Source of the DNA: Candidatus Krumholzibacteriia bacterium
Lineage (GTDB): Bacteria; Krumholzibacteriota; Krumholzibacteriia; WVZY01
Direction of reading: 5' to 3'
Assembly (NCBI GenBank): GCA_046754105.1
Contig: JBHHVD010000077.1
Coordinates: 1-15,854, forward strand
Length of the DNA: 15,854 nt
The notes under the pieces were generated by a model that saw nothing but the letters and a program-made list of their open reading frames with translations, ran no database searches and was not told the DNA's origin. The position numbers and the translations under genes were made by a program. Shown in pieces: positions 1-6,799 of this stretch; the stretch's first letter is position 1; each line of letters opens with the position of its first letter.

Positions 1-72
1 GAGGCCGCAAAGACCGAAGAGGCCGCAAAGACCGAAGAGGCCGCAAAGACCGAAGAGGCCGCAAAGACCGAA
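1..72 (+). repeat. Perfect 18-bp tandem repeat GAGGCCGCAAAGACCGAA x4 (may extend beyond the left edge), followed by a degenerate unit at 73-90
   Basis: Units at 1-18, 19-36, 37-54 and 55-72 are identical; 73-90 is GGGGCCACGGAGGACGAA. Confidence 0.97.
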
Positions 73-120
73 GGGGCCACGGAGGACGAAGCCAAGGAAG
101 GACAAAATGCCGAAACTTAA
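1..120 (+). CDS. 3' end of a CDS entering from the left edge, probably translation initiation factor IF-3 with a low-complexity C-terminal tail (partial)
   Basis: Frame 1 reads (EAAKTE)x4[19 protein letters not shown] (TAA 118-120) and overlaps the rpmI start by 14 nt. Identity as infC is inferred only from the conserved infC-rpmI-rplT order; no IF3 domain is visible in the window. Confidence 0.6.
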   Translation, partial: EAAKTEEAAKTEEAAKTEEAAKTEGATEDEAKEGQNAET

Positions 121-301
121 GTCGAATCGCGGCGCGAGAAAACGGTTCCGGGTCACCGCCGGCGGGCGATTCATCCGCAATCACGCCAACAAGAGCCACA
201 TTCTCACCAAGAAGACGCGCAAGCGCAAACGAAACCTGCGCAAGTCCTCCGTGGTCACGGCCGCCGATCACCGGCAGGTCGGACGCCTGTTGTTCGGTTA
301 G
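107..301 (+). CDS. rpmI: 50S ribosomal protein L35 (bL35)
   Basis: 64 aa, [20 protein letters not shown]...HILTKK..KRKRNLR, typical L35; AGGAAGGA purine tract upstream; lies before rplT. Confidence 0.98.
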   Translation: MPKLKSNRGARKRFRVTAGGRFIRNHANKSHILTKKTRKRKRNLRKSSVVTAADHRQVGRLLFG

Positions 302-414
302 GCCGATCGACGGGCTTCACCGCCTGCAGCGGCGGTTGCGATCTCCGGGCCGCCCCCGGGGCCGGAGATGGATCTGATGACAAGAATAGACAGGAATAAG
401 GGAGGCATCGAATC

Positions 415-780
415 ATGCCGCGTACAAAGAACAGTGTAGCGAGCCGGGAGCGGCGCAAGAAGTACCTCAAGGCGGCCAAGGGCTATTTCGGCGGTCGCAG
501 TAAACTGTACCGCACGGCCAGGGAGACGGTAGAGCGGGCGCTGGCTTTTGCGTACCGGGACCGGCGCCAGCGCAAGCGCGATTTTCGCAAGTTGTGGATC
601 GCGCGCATAAACGCCGCCGCCCGTGTGAACGGTCTTTCCTACAACCGTTTCATCAGTGGTCTGCGCAAGGCGGAGGTCGATGTCAACCGCAAGATGCTGG
701 CTGAACTTGCGGTCAACGACGAAGCGGCGTTCAAACAGCTCGCCGAGCTTGCGAAGTCCACGAACGACACGACGGGCTGA
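415..780 (+). CDS. rplT: 50S ribosomal protein L20 (bL20)
   Basis: [31 protein letters not shown] and [10 protein letters not shown] motifs; strong SD AGGGAGG at 399-405. Confidence 0.99.
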   Translation: MPRTKNSVASRERRKKYLKAAKGYFGGRSKLYRTARETVERALAFAYRDRRQRKRDFRKLWIARINAAARVNGLSYNRFISGLRKAEVDVNRKMLAELAVNDEAAFKQLAELAKSTNDTTG

Positions 781-787
781 CGGTTCT

Positions 788-1801
788 ATGGACGCAGAAT
801 CCCTCGAAAAATCGCTCGAGAAAGACATAAATAAGGCAAGCACCCTCGACGCTCTCGAAGAAACCCGCGTGCGGTACCTGGGCCGCAAGGGCCACATCAC
901 CTCGCTGTTGCGAAACATCAAGCAGGTAGCACCCGAGGAACGCCGCGAGCTGGGCCTGGTGGCCAACCGACTGCAGAAACTCGCGGAAGGCCTGCTGGAG
1001 AAAAAGCTCGCCGCCCTGCAGTCCGCCCAGACGACCAGCCGCTTCTACCAGCCGCCGCACGATCCCACGCTGCCCGCACACGACGGTATCAACGGCCACC
1101 GTCACGTACTCTCCCAGGTGTTCCGCCAGATGCGGGACATCTTCTTCGGGATGGGGTACAGCCTGGCGTCGGGCCCCGAGGTCGAGCTGGAGTACTATAA
1201 CTTCCAGGCGCTCAATTTCCCGGAGGATCACCCGTCGCGTGACCTGCAGGATACATTCTACATAACCGACGACATCCTGCTCCGCACCCACACATCCCCC
1301 GTGCAGGTGCGCTACATGCAGGAGCACAAACCTCCACTCAAGATCATCGCGCCGGGCCGGGTCTACAGGAACGAGACAATAGACCCGTCGCACGCCGCCG
1401 AGTTTCACCAGGTCGAGGGACTCTATGTCGACACGGACGTCTCGCTCGCCGACCTGAAAAAAGACGTAGAGATCTTCATACAGCAGCTGTTCGGGTCCAG
1501 GACGCGCGTGCGCTTCCGGCCGCACTTCTTTCCCTTCACCGAGCCCAGCGCCGAAGTGGACATGTCGTGTTTTTCGTGCAAGGGCAAAGGATGCGCGGTG
1601 TGCGGACGGGTGGGCTGGCTGGAGATTATGGGTGCGGGCATGGTACATCCGAACGTGTTTCGTGCCGTGGGGTACGATCCGGAAAAATACTCGGGCTTTG
1701 CGTTCGGGCTGGGGGTCGACCGCGTGGCGATGCTCAAGTATGGAATTGACGATATCCGCCTGTTCCTTGCCAATGATTTTCGATTTCTCTATCAGTTCTA
1801 A
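788..1801 (+). CDS. pheS: Phenylalanine--tRNA ligase alpha subunit
   Basis: HPSRDLQDTFY, LLRTHTSPVQ, PGRVYR, FHQVEGL, RFRPHFFPFTEPSAEVD and GFAFGLGVDR motifs. Start moved from the track's 656 (overlaps rplT) to the in-frame ATG at 788, 7 nt after the rplT stop (337 aa). Confidence 0.97.
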   Translation: MDAESLEKSLEKDINKASTLDALEETRVRYLGRKGHITSLLRNIKQVAPEERRELGLVANRLQKLAEGLLEKKLAALQSAQTTSRFYQPPHDPTLPAHDGINGHRHVLSQVFRQMRDIFFGMGYSLASGPEVELEYYNFQALNFPEDHPSRDLQDTFYITDDILLRTHTSPVQVRYMQEHKPPLKIIAPGRVYRNETIDPSHAAEFHQVEGLYVDTDVSLADLKKDVEIFIQQLFGSRTRVRFRPHFFPFTEPSAEVDMSCFSCKGKGCAVCGRVGWLEIMGAGMVHPNVFRAVGYDPEKYSGFAFGLGVDRVAMLKYGIDDIRLFLANDFRFLYQF

Positions 1802-1816
1802 CGTGGGAGAGGCCCG

Positions 1817-4213
1817 ATGCTGATCAGCCTGTCCTGGCTGGGGAAGTACGTCCAGGTGCCGGACGACACCAAGACACTGGTCGAAGAGCTGACCATGACC
1901 GGGTTGAACGTGGAGCGTGTTCTGCAGACGGGATTCTCGGACCCGAACGTGGTCGTCGGCCGCGTGTTGTCGGTGGCCGACCATCCCAACGCGGACAAGC
2001 TGCGCGTGTGCCGGGTGGACGTCGGGGACGATCCGGTGCGCGAAATCGTCTGCGGGGCGCCCAACGTGGCCGAGGACCAGAAGGTTCTCGTCGCCTTGCC
2101 CGGCGCCCGGCTGCCCGACGGGACACGGATCAAGGCCGCCAAGATACGCGGCGTGAGCTCGCAAGGCATGATCTGCTCGGAGCGGGAGCTGGGACTTGGG
2201 GACGATGCAGCGGGGATCATGGTGCTGGACGCCGACCTTGCCGCCGGCGCTCCGATCGGCGACGTGCTGCCGCCGCCCGACGAAGTGCTGGAAATCGAGG
2301 TGACCCCCAACCGGCCGGACCTGTTGTGCCACGTCGGGGTGGCAAGGGAGCTGGCCGCCATCCAGCGCTCGCCTCTCGTTGTGCCGAGCGTCGAGGTGGC
2401 CTCCCGGGGCGACGACGGCACTTTCGAAGTCGAGATCGAAGACGCGAAGGACTGCGCGCGCTACGTCGGCCAACTCGTGCGCGGGGTCGGTGTGGGTCCG
2501 TCACCGATGTGGTTGCAGGCGGCGCTCGAGGGCGTGGGGCAGGGCAGCGTCAACAACATCGTCGATATCATGAATTACGTAATGCTGGAATTGGGGCAGC
2601 CTCTGCATGCCTTTGATTTCCGCCGCGTGAAAGACCATCGTATTATCGTCCGCCGCGCCCGCGAACGCGAGCGCCTTCTCGCCCTCGACGGGGCGGAGCA
2701 CGAGTTGTCCCCCGAGGAGCTGGTCATCGCCGATCCGCGCGGACCGGTCGCGATCGCCGGGGTTATCGGCGGTGAGGAGTCGGCCGTGCACGCGGACACC
2801 GTCGACATCCTGATCGAGAGCGCCAGCTTCGAACCCGGCGTGGTCCGGCGGGGCCGCAAGCGGCTTTCCATCAGTACCGACGCTTCGTACCGTTTCGAGC
2901 GCGGTGTGGACCGTGACGGCTGCCTGCGCGCGGCGGCGCGGGCGGCGCAGCTGGTTCTCGAACTGGCCGGCGGTGAAATGGGGCCCGTCGTGGACGCGTA
3001 CCCGGCACCGGCCGGGCCGCGGATCATCACCATCCGGCGCGCGCAGACGCGGCGGATCCTCGGCGCCGAACTCACCACCGCCGAGATCTCGGACCACCTG
3101 GCTGCGCTCGGCTTCGAGACCCGGGAACGCTCGGAAGACGCCCTGGCGATCGAGGCCCCGGCGTTCCGCCCCGACGTGCAGGAGGAAATCGACCTCATCG
3201 AGGAGGTGGCCCGCATCTACGGCTACGACCGCATCGGCAAGGGCTGGACGTTCCGGACCACGACATTTGCCCATCATCCACCCTACGAACAGTTTACGGA
3301 ATCCCTGTGCGATCACCTGGCGGCTCGCGGCTATTGCGAGGTGGCCACGAGCTCGTTTACGGACGGACGCGAGATCGCGGATTTCGGATGGCCGGACGGG
3401 GACGTGCGGCGCAGCCCCATGCCGCTGCGCAATCCCCTCAACTCGAACCACCGCTACCTGCGAACCAGCCTGCTGCCGGGGATCCTCGACGTCATCCGCT
3501 GGAATCTCGACCGCGGCATGCGCCGGATCCGGTTGTACGAGACGGGCCGGGTCTTTTTGGCGCCGGGCGGCGCGGACCGGCTGCCGGACGAGCGCATGCG
3601 GCTCGCGATAGCCGTCAGTTATCCCGGCGCGCCGGACTTCTGGAATCACTCGAAGACAACGCCCGATCTTTTTGATATTAAACAAGAAATAGAAATTATT
3701 CTCCGGTCGTTCAATATTGACTTGGGCTCGGAGGTCCAGTATGATTTTGACGTGGCGACCGGTCAGTTCCGGTACCGTCTCAAGCAGGGCACCCTCATCG
3801 AGGGCGGGGTCGTTTCAGACCAGGTCAGCCGCCGGTACGATTTCGAGCAGCCGGTGTGGTACGCGAGCCTGGATCTCGCCGGGCTCTTCCAGCATCACAC
3901 CTCCCAGCCACGCCTCAAGCCGCTCGTCGAGTACCCCAGTTCGAAGCGGGACCTGTCGCTGATCGCCGGTCCCGGCGTGGGGTACGCCAGGATCGAGAAA
4001 TCGCTGGTCAAGTCGGGAGGGCGGTTGCTAGAATCGCTGCAACTGTTCGATGTCTACCGCGGCGAGAAGGTTGACGGGGATCGCACGGCGTACGGGGTGC
4101 GGTTGACCTTTCGTTCCACGGAGCGCACGCTGACCGATGGAGAGGTCGACGAGATTATCGACAAAGTGTTGACAAGGTTGCGGAATGAACTCAAGATCGA
4201 ACTGAGGACATAA
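1817..4213 (+). CDS. pheT: Phenylalanine--tRNA ligase beta subunit
   Basis: 798 aa; HPNADKL..IVCGAPN, SQGMICSERELG, TPNRPDL, GQPLHAFD, RFERGVD, DLIEEVARIYGY, LRTSLLPG and a C-terminal RDLS..FDVY..TLTD anticodon-binding domain; SD GGGAGAGG upstream. Confidence 0.98.
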   Translation: MLISLSWLGKYVQVPDDTKTLVEELTMTGLNVERVLQTGFSDPNVVVGRVLSVADHPNADKLRVCRVDVGDDPVREIVCGAPNVAEDQKVLVALPGARLPDGTRIKAAKIRGVSSQGMICSERELGLGDDAAGIMVLDADLAAGAPIGDVLPPPDEVLEIEVTPNRPDLLCHVGVARELAAIQRSPLVVPSVEVASRGDDGTFEVEIEDAKDCARYVGQLVRGVGVGPSPMWLQAALEGVGQGSVNNIVDIMNYVMLELGQPLHAFDFRRVKDHRIIVRRARERERLLALDGAEHELSPEELVIADPRGPVAIAGVIGGEESAVHADTVDILIESASFEPGVVRRGRKRLSISTDASYRFERGVDRDGCLRAAARAAQLVLELAGGEMGPVVDAYPAPAGPRIITIRRAQTRRILGAELTTAEISDHLAALGFETRERSEDALAIEAPAFRPDVQEEIDLIEEVARIYGYDRIGKGWTFRTTTFAHHPPYEQFTESLCDHLAARGYCEVATSSFTDGREIADFGWPDGDVRRSPMPLRNPLNSNHRYLRTSLLPGILDVIRWNLDRGMRRIRLYETGRVFLAPGGADRLPDERMRLAIAVSYPGAPDFWNHSKTTPDLFDIKQEIEIILRSFNIDLGSEVQYDFDVATGQFRYRLKQGTLIEGGVVSDQVSRRYDFEQPVWYASLDLAGLFQHHTSQPRLKPLVEYPSSKRDLSLIAGPGVGYARIEKSLVKSGGRLLESLQLFDVYRGEKVDGDRTAYGVRLTFRSTERTLTDGEVDEIIDKVLTRLRNELKIELRT
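3717..3745 (+). promoter_or_regulatory. Candidate internal sigma70-type promoter inside pheT
   Basis: TTGACT (3717-3722), 17-bp spacer, TATGAT (3740-3745); both hexamers match consensus at 5/6. An A/T-rich tract lies upstream (3669-3700, 28/32 A/T) in an otherwise GC-rich gene. Confidence 0.6.
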
Positions 4214-4507
4214 ATGAAGGGTCGCAAGGCGCCGAAATTCGACAAGCTGGAACTTCTCGAGGCCCGTATCTCGCAGGTGGCCGAGAGGTTCGCGCAGGTG
4301 GAAGCGGCGTGCCGGGCCCACGAAGAAAAGAACACGGTGTTGGAAAAGCAACTCGACGAGCTACGCTCGCACAACAATGAGCTTTCGAAACAGATTTACA
4401 AACTGAAAACCGCCAAGGCGGTGGAGCCCGCCGCGCTGGTCGGAGAGAAAAAGATTTTAAATAAGATCGATAGAATGCTAGAGAAATTCGGGGAACTGCA
4501 AATATGA
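4214..4507 (+). CDS. ZapB-like small coiled-coil cell-division protein
   Basis: 97 aa with heptad-rich sequence (LELLEARISQV...LEKQLDELRSHNNELSKQI...KIDRMLEKF); ATG directly follows the pheT stop (TAAATG) with GAGGA SD at 4204-4208; sits between pheT and zapA as ZapB-like genes commonly do. Confidence 0.7.
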   Translation: MKGRKAPKFDKLELLEARISQVAERFAQVEAACRAHEEKNTVLEKQLDELRSHNNELSKQIYKLKTAKAVEPAALVGEKKILNKIDRMLEKFGELQI

Positions 4508-4586
4508 AGTGTGAAGGGCCTTTACGGCATTAGAAGCGGTATTGGCTTGTAGTTGCCAATGTGAGAAGACTCAGGCGGAAGTCCAA

Positions 4587-4883
4587 ATGGAACAACCCAG
4601 TGTCATCACGGTGCAAATATTTGGACGTGAATACAAGATCAAAGGACACGCAGATAAAGGCTACATCGAAGAAATGGCCAAATACGTCGATGAAAAGATG
4701 AGGGAACTGGCGGGCAATTCGTCGCTTCCCTCACAGGACACCATTGCGATTTTGGCGGCGCTCAACATCGCGGACGAGTTGTTTCAAGAGCGCGGCCAGT
4801 TATCTGAGACGTTTTCCTCTGTGGAGCAGAAAGCGGATCATTTGATCTCGTTGCTCGATCAGAGTCTTCTTGCTGTGAAATGA
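4587..4883 (+). CDS. zapA: Cell division protein ZapA
   Basis: VQIFGREYKI...A.YVDEKMREL...AILAALNIADELF is the ZapA signature. Start set at the in-frame ATG 4587 rather than the track's TTG 4542 (98 aa). Confidence 0.93.
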   Translation: MEQPSVITVQIFGREYKIKGHADKGYIEEMAKYVDEKMRELAGNSSLPSQDTIAILAALNIADELFQERGQLSETFSSVEQKADHLISLLDQSLLAVK

Positions 4884-4911
4884 AGTTTTTCATCACGGAT
4901 CATGATAACCC

Positions 4912-4940
4912 TTGATGGGGAAATATTTCTTTGGTATCAT
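4912..4940 (+). promoter_or_regulatory. sigma70 promoter of the 6S RNA gene
   Basis: TTGATG (4912-4917), 17 bp, TATCAT (4935-4940) with an extended -10 TG at 4932-4933. Predicted +1 near 4947 coincides with the 5' end of the RNA rod. Confidence 0.8.
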
Positions 4941-4947
4941 TCCAGTA

Positions 4948-5130
4948 GAATTCCCTACCATGTTTGTGATGGAAAGGTGACTATTGAGCCAACACCTCTT
5001 TGTGGGAATCCCGAATTTAGTAGGGGCTGTCGCGCCTCTTCACGGAGGAAGACAAAACTTACTATGAGGGTGTCCACTTGAACCGAAAGGTTCAAAAGTT
5101 CCCTTACACACGGCATAGCGTGGGGAATTT
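4948..5130 (+). ncRNA. ssrS: 6S RNA
   Basis: About 180-nt rod paired by hand: AATTCCCTAC(4949-4958)/GTGGGGAATT(5120-5129), ATGTT-TGTG/CACA-C-GGCAT, TTGAGCC(4984-4990)/GGTTCAA(5089-5095), central bubble, then GTGGG/TCCAC, TAGTAGG/CTTACTA, TGTC/GACA and CCTC/GAGG. The position directly after zapA is the established 6S synteny. Ends are approximate. Confidence 0.9.
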
Positions 5131-5138
5131 TCTTTTTT
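5120..5138 (+). terminator. Probable intrinsic termination site: U-tract directly after the 6S closing stem
   Basis: GTGGGGAA followed by TTTTCTTTTTT (5128-5138). There is no separate local hairpin, so the long-range closing stem would have to serve as the stem. Confidence 0.5.
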
Positions 5139-5225
5139 CCTCTCCCCGAGTTTCTTCCTGATTCAAAAAAGCCAAGCAACTGACACACGTTCGACCCGTG
5201 TCGTTCATGGGTAGGGGGAACTGCC

Positions 5226-6791
5226 ATGGATACCGTAGTCATTCTGGTGCTCGGCGGCGTGGCGGCCCTGGCCGCAGGTTTTTTCATCGGGGCGGTGCTC
5301 GGCCGGCGAGCAGCATCGAATCAGCTGGAGAACTCGAAGAGACTGTCGGATACGATCATTGGCGACGCCCAGAAGAACGCGGAGAATTTCCGCAAGGAAG
5401 CGGAGATCGAAGCCAAGGACACGTATCTCAAGATGAAACTCGATTTCGAGGAAAAAACGCGGTCGACCCGCGAGCAGCTCAAGGAGCAGGAACTCGTTCT
5501 CATTACCAAGGAGAGCAATCTCGCCCGCAAGGTCGATCTGATGGACAAGAAGGAGACGTCGCTCGGCGACAAGCAGGAGGCCCTGGAACGCCGGCAGGAA
5601 CGGCTGGACCAGAAACTGCACGAGACGAACCGCCTGATTGCCGAGGAAAACGTGCGCCTGGAGCGCATTGCGGGCATGAGCAAGGAAGAAGCTAAGGTCA
5701 TGCTGATCCGCAACCTCGAAAGCGAAGCGAAGCTCGAGGCCGCGCGCCGTATCAAAGAGTCGCAGGAAGAGGTGCGGCGCACCTCGCAGCGCGAGGCGCA
5801 AAAGATTATCGCCCTGGCCATTCAGCGCTACGCGGCCGACCAGAGCGTGGAGACGACGGTATCCGTCGTCGATCTGCCCTCCGACGATATGAAGGGCCGT
5901 ATCATCGGCAAGGAAGGGCGCAACATCCGCGCCTTCGAGAAGGCCACCGGCGTGGACGTAGTCATCGACGACACCCCGGAGGCGGTAACACTCTCCTCGT
6001 TCGACCCGGTGCGGCGCGAGGTGGCGCGCCTGGCCCTGCAGGCACTGGTTCAGGACGGCCGTATCCACCCGGGCCGTATCGAGGAAGTGGTCGAACGCAC
6101 CCGGGAAGAAATGGACAAAGGCATCCAGGATTTCGGGGAACAGGCGTGCATGGATTTGAACCTGCACGGCATGCACCCCGAGCTGGTCAAACTGGTCGGC
6201 AAGATGCGCTACCGCGCCAGCTACGGCCAGAACTGCCTGAAGCACTCGATGGAAGTCGCCTACCTGTGCGGGATGATCGCCGCCGAGCTAAAACTCGACC
6301 AGCAGTTGGCACGGCGCGCGGGGCTCCTGCACGACGTCGGCAAAGTGGTGTCGCACGAGGTCAACGGATCGCATACAGAGATCGGCGCGGACTTCGTACG
6401 GCGCTACGGCGAGGACGAAGAGATCATCAACGCCGTGCGCGGGCATCACCAGGACGTAGAAGCGACATCGCTATATACGCCGATCGTGGAAGCGGCTGAC
6501 GCCATCAGCGGTGCGCGGCCGGGCGCGCGACGAGAAACCCTCGAGGCATACGTCAAGCGCCTGGAGAAACTCGAGACGCTCGCGAACGCGTTTGACGGCG
6601 TGGAGAAGGCCTACGCGATACAGGCGGGGCGCGAGATCCGCATCCTGGTCAGCAACGACCGCGTTGACGACGCGCAGGCGGCGAAGCTCGCGTTCGACAT
6701 TTCGCGCACGGTGGAGAGGGAACTCGAGTACCCGGGCCACATCAAGGTTGTCGTCATCCGCGAGACAAGGGCCGTGGAGTACGCAAAATAG
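5226..6791 (+). CDS. rny: Ribonuclease Y
   Basis: N-terminal TM helix, long coiled coil, KH domain (MKGRIIGKEGRNIRAFE), HD domain (AGLLHDVGK, ADAISGARPGAR) and C-terminal YAIQAGREIR..YPGHIKVVVIRE; SD AGGGGG at 5213-5218. Confidence 0.99.
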   Translation: MDTVVILVLGGVAALAAGFFIGAVLGRRAASNQLENSKRLSDTIIGDAQKNAENFRKEAEIEAKDTYLKMKLDFEEKTRSTREQLKEQELVLITKESNLARKVDLMDKKETSLGDKQEALERRQERLDQKLHETNRLIAEENVRLERIAGMSKEEAKVMLIRNLESEAKLEAARRIKESQEEVRRTSQREAQKIIALAIQRYAADQSVETTVSVVDLPSDDMKGRIIGKEGRNIRAFEKATGVDVVIDDTPEAVTLSSFDPVRREVARLALQALVQDGRIHPGRIEEVVERTREEMDKGIQDFGEQACMDLNLHGMHPELVKLVGKMRYRASYGQNCLKHSMEVAYLCGMIAAELKLDQQLARRAGLLHDVGKVVSHEVNGSHTEIGADFVRRYGEDEEIINAVRGHHQDVEATSLYTPIVEAADAISGARPGARRETLEAYVKRLEKLETLANAFDGVEKAYAIQAGREIRILVSNDRVDDAQAAKLAFDISRTVERELEYPGHIKVVVIRETRAVEYAK

Positions 6792-6799
6792 AAAACGAA

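Noticed and set aside
1..90. Repeat array as a CRISPR or iteron array
   Set aside because: The units are directly abutting with no spacers, are a multiple of 3 nt and read as plausible codons; no cas or rep gene is nearby.
656..787. 44-aa N-terminal extension of PheS given by the ORF track
   Set aside because: It overlaps rplT in another frame and is not PheS-like; the ATG at 788 gives a normal-length protein.
1568..1603. CxxC-x4-CxxC motif in PheS (CFSCKGKGCAVC)
   Set aside because: This is a known, widespread insertion in PheS of many bacterial phyla, not novel.
1767..1795. TTGCCA-N17-TATCAG at the end of pheS as a pheT promoter
   Set aside because: The -10 lacks the near-invariant final T, and pheS-pheT are normally co-transcribed.
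4543..4556. sigma54 -24/-12 promoter (TGGC...TTGC)
   Set aside because: GG-to-GC spacing is 9 nt on both strands; sigma54 requires 10.
4542..4586. Cys-rich N-terminal extension of ZapA (MACSCQC...)
   Set aside because: It depends on a TTG start with no clear SD; ZapA similarity begins at ATG 4587.
4200..5225. Visibly lower GC of the zapB-like/zapA/6S segment as horizontal transfer
   Set aside because: The genes are in their conserved syntenic position with no mobility genes or flanking repeats; promoters, the ncRNA and Lys/Glu-rich coding explain the composition.
4955..5287. 110-aa minus-strand ORF across the zapA-rny gap
   Set aside because: It is antisense to the 6S RNA and the rny start, and has no recognisable protein features.
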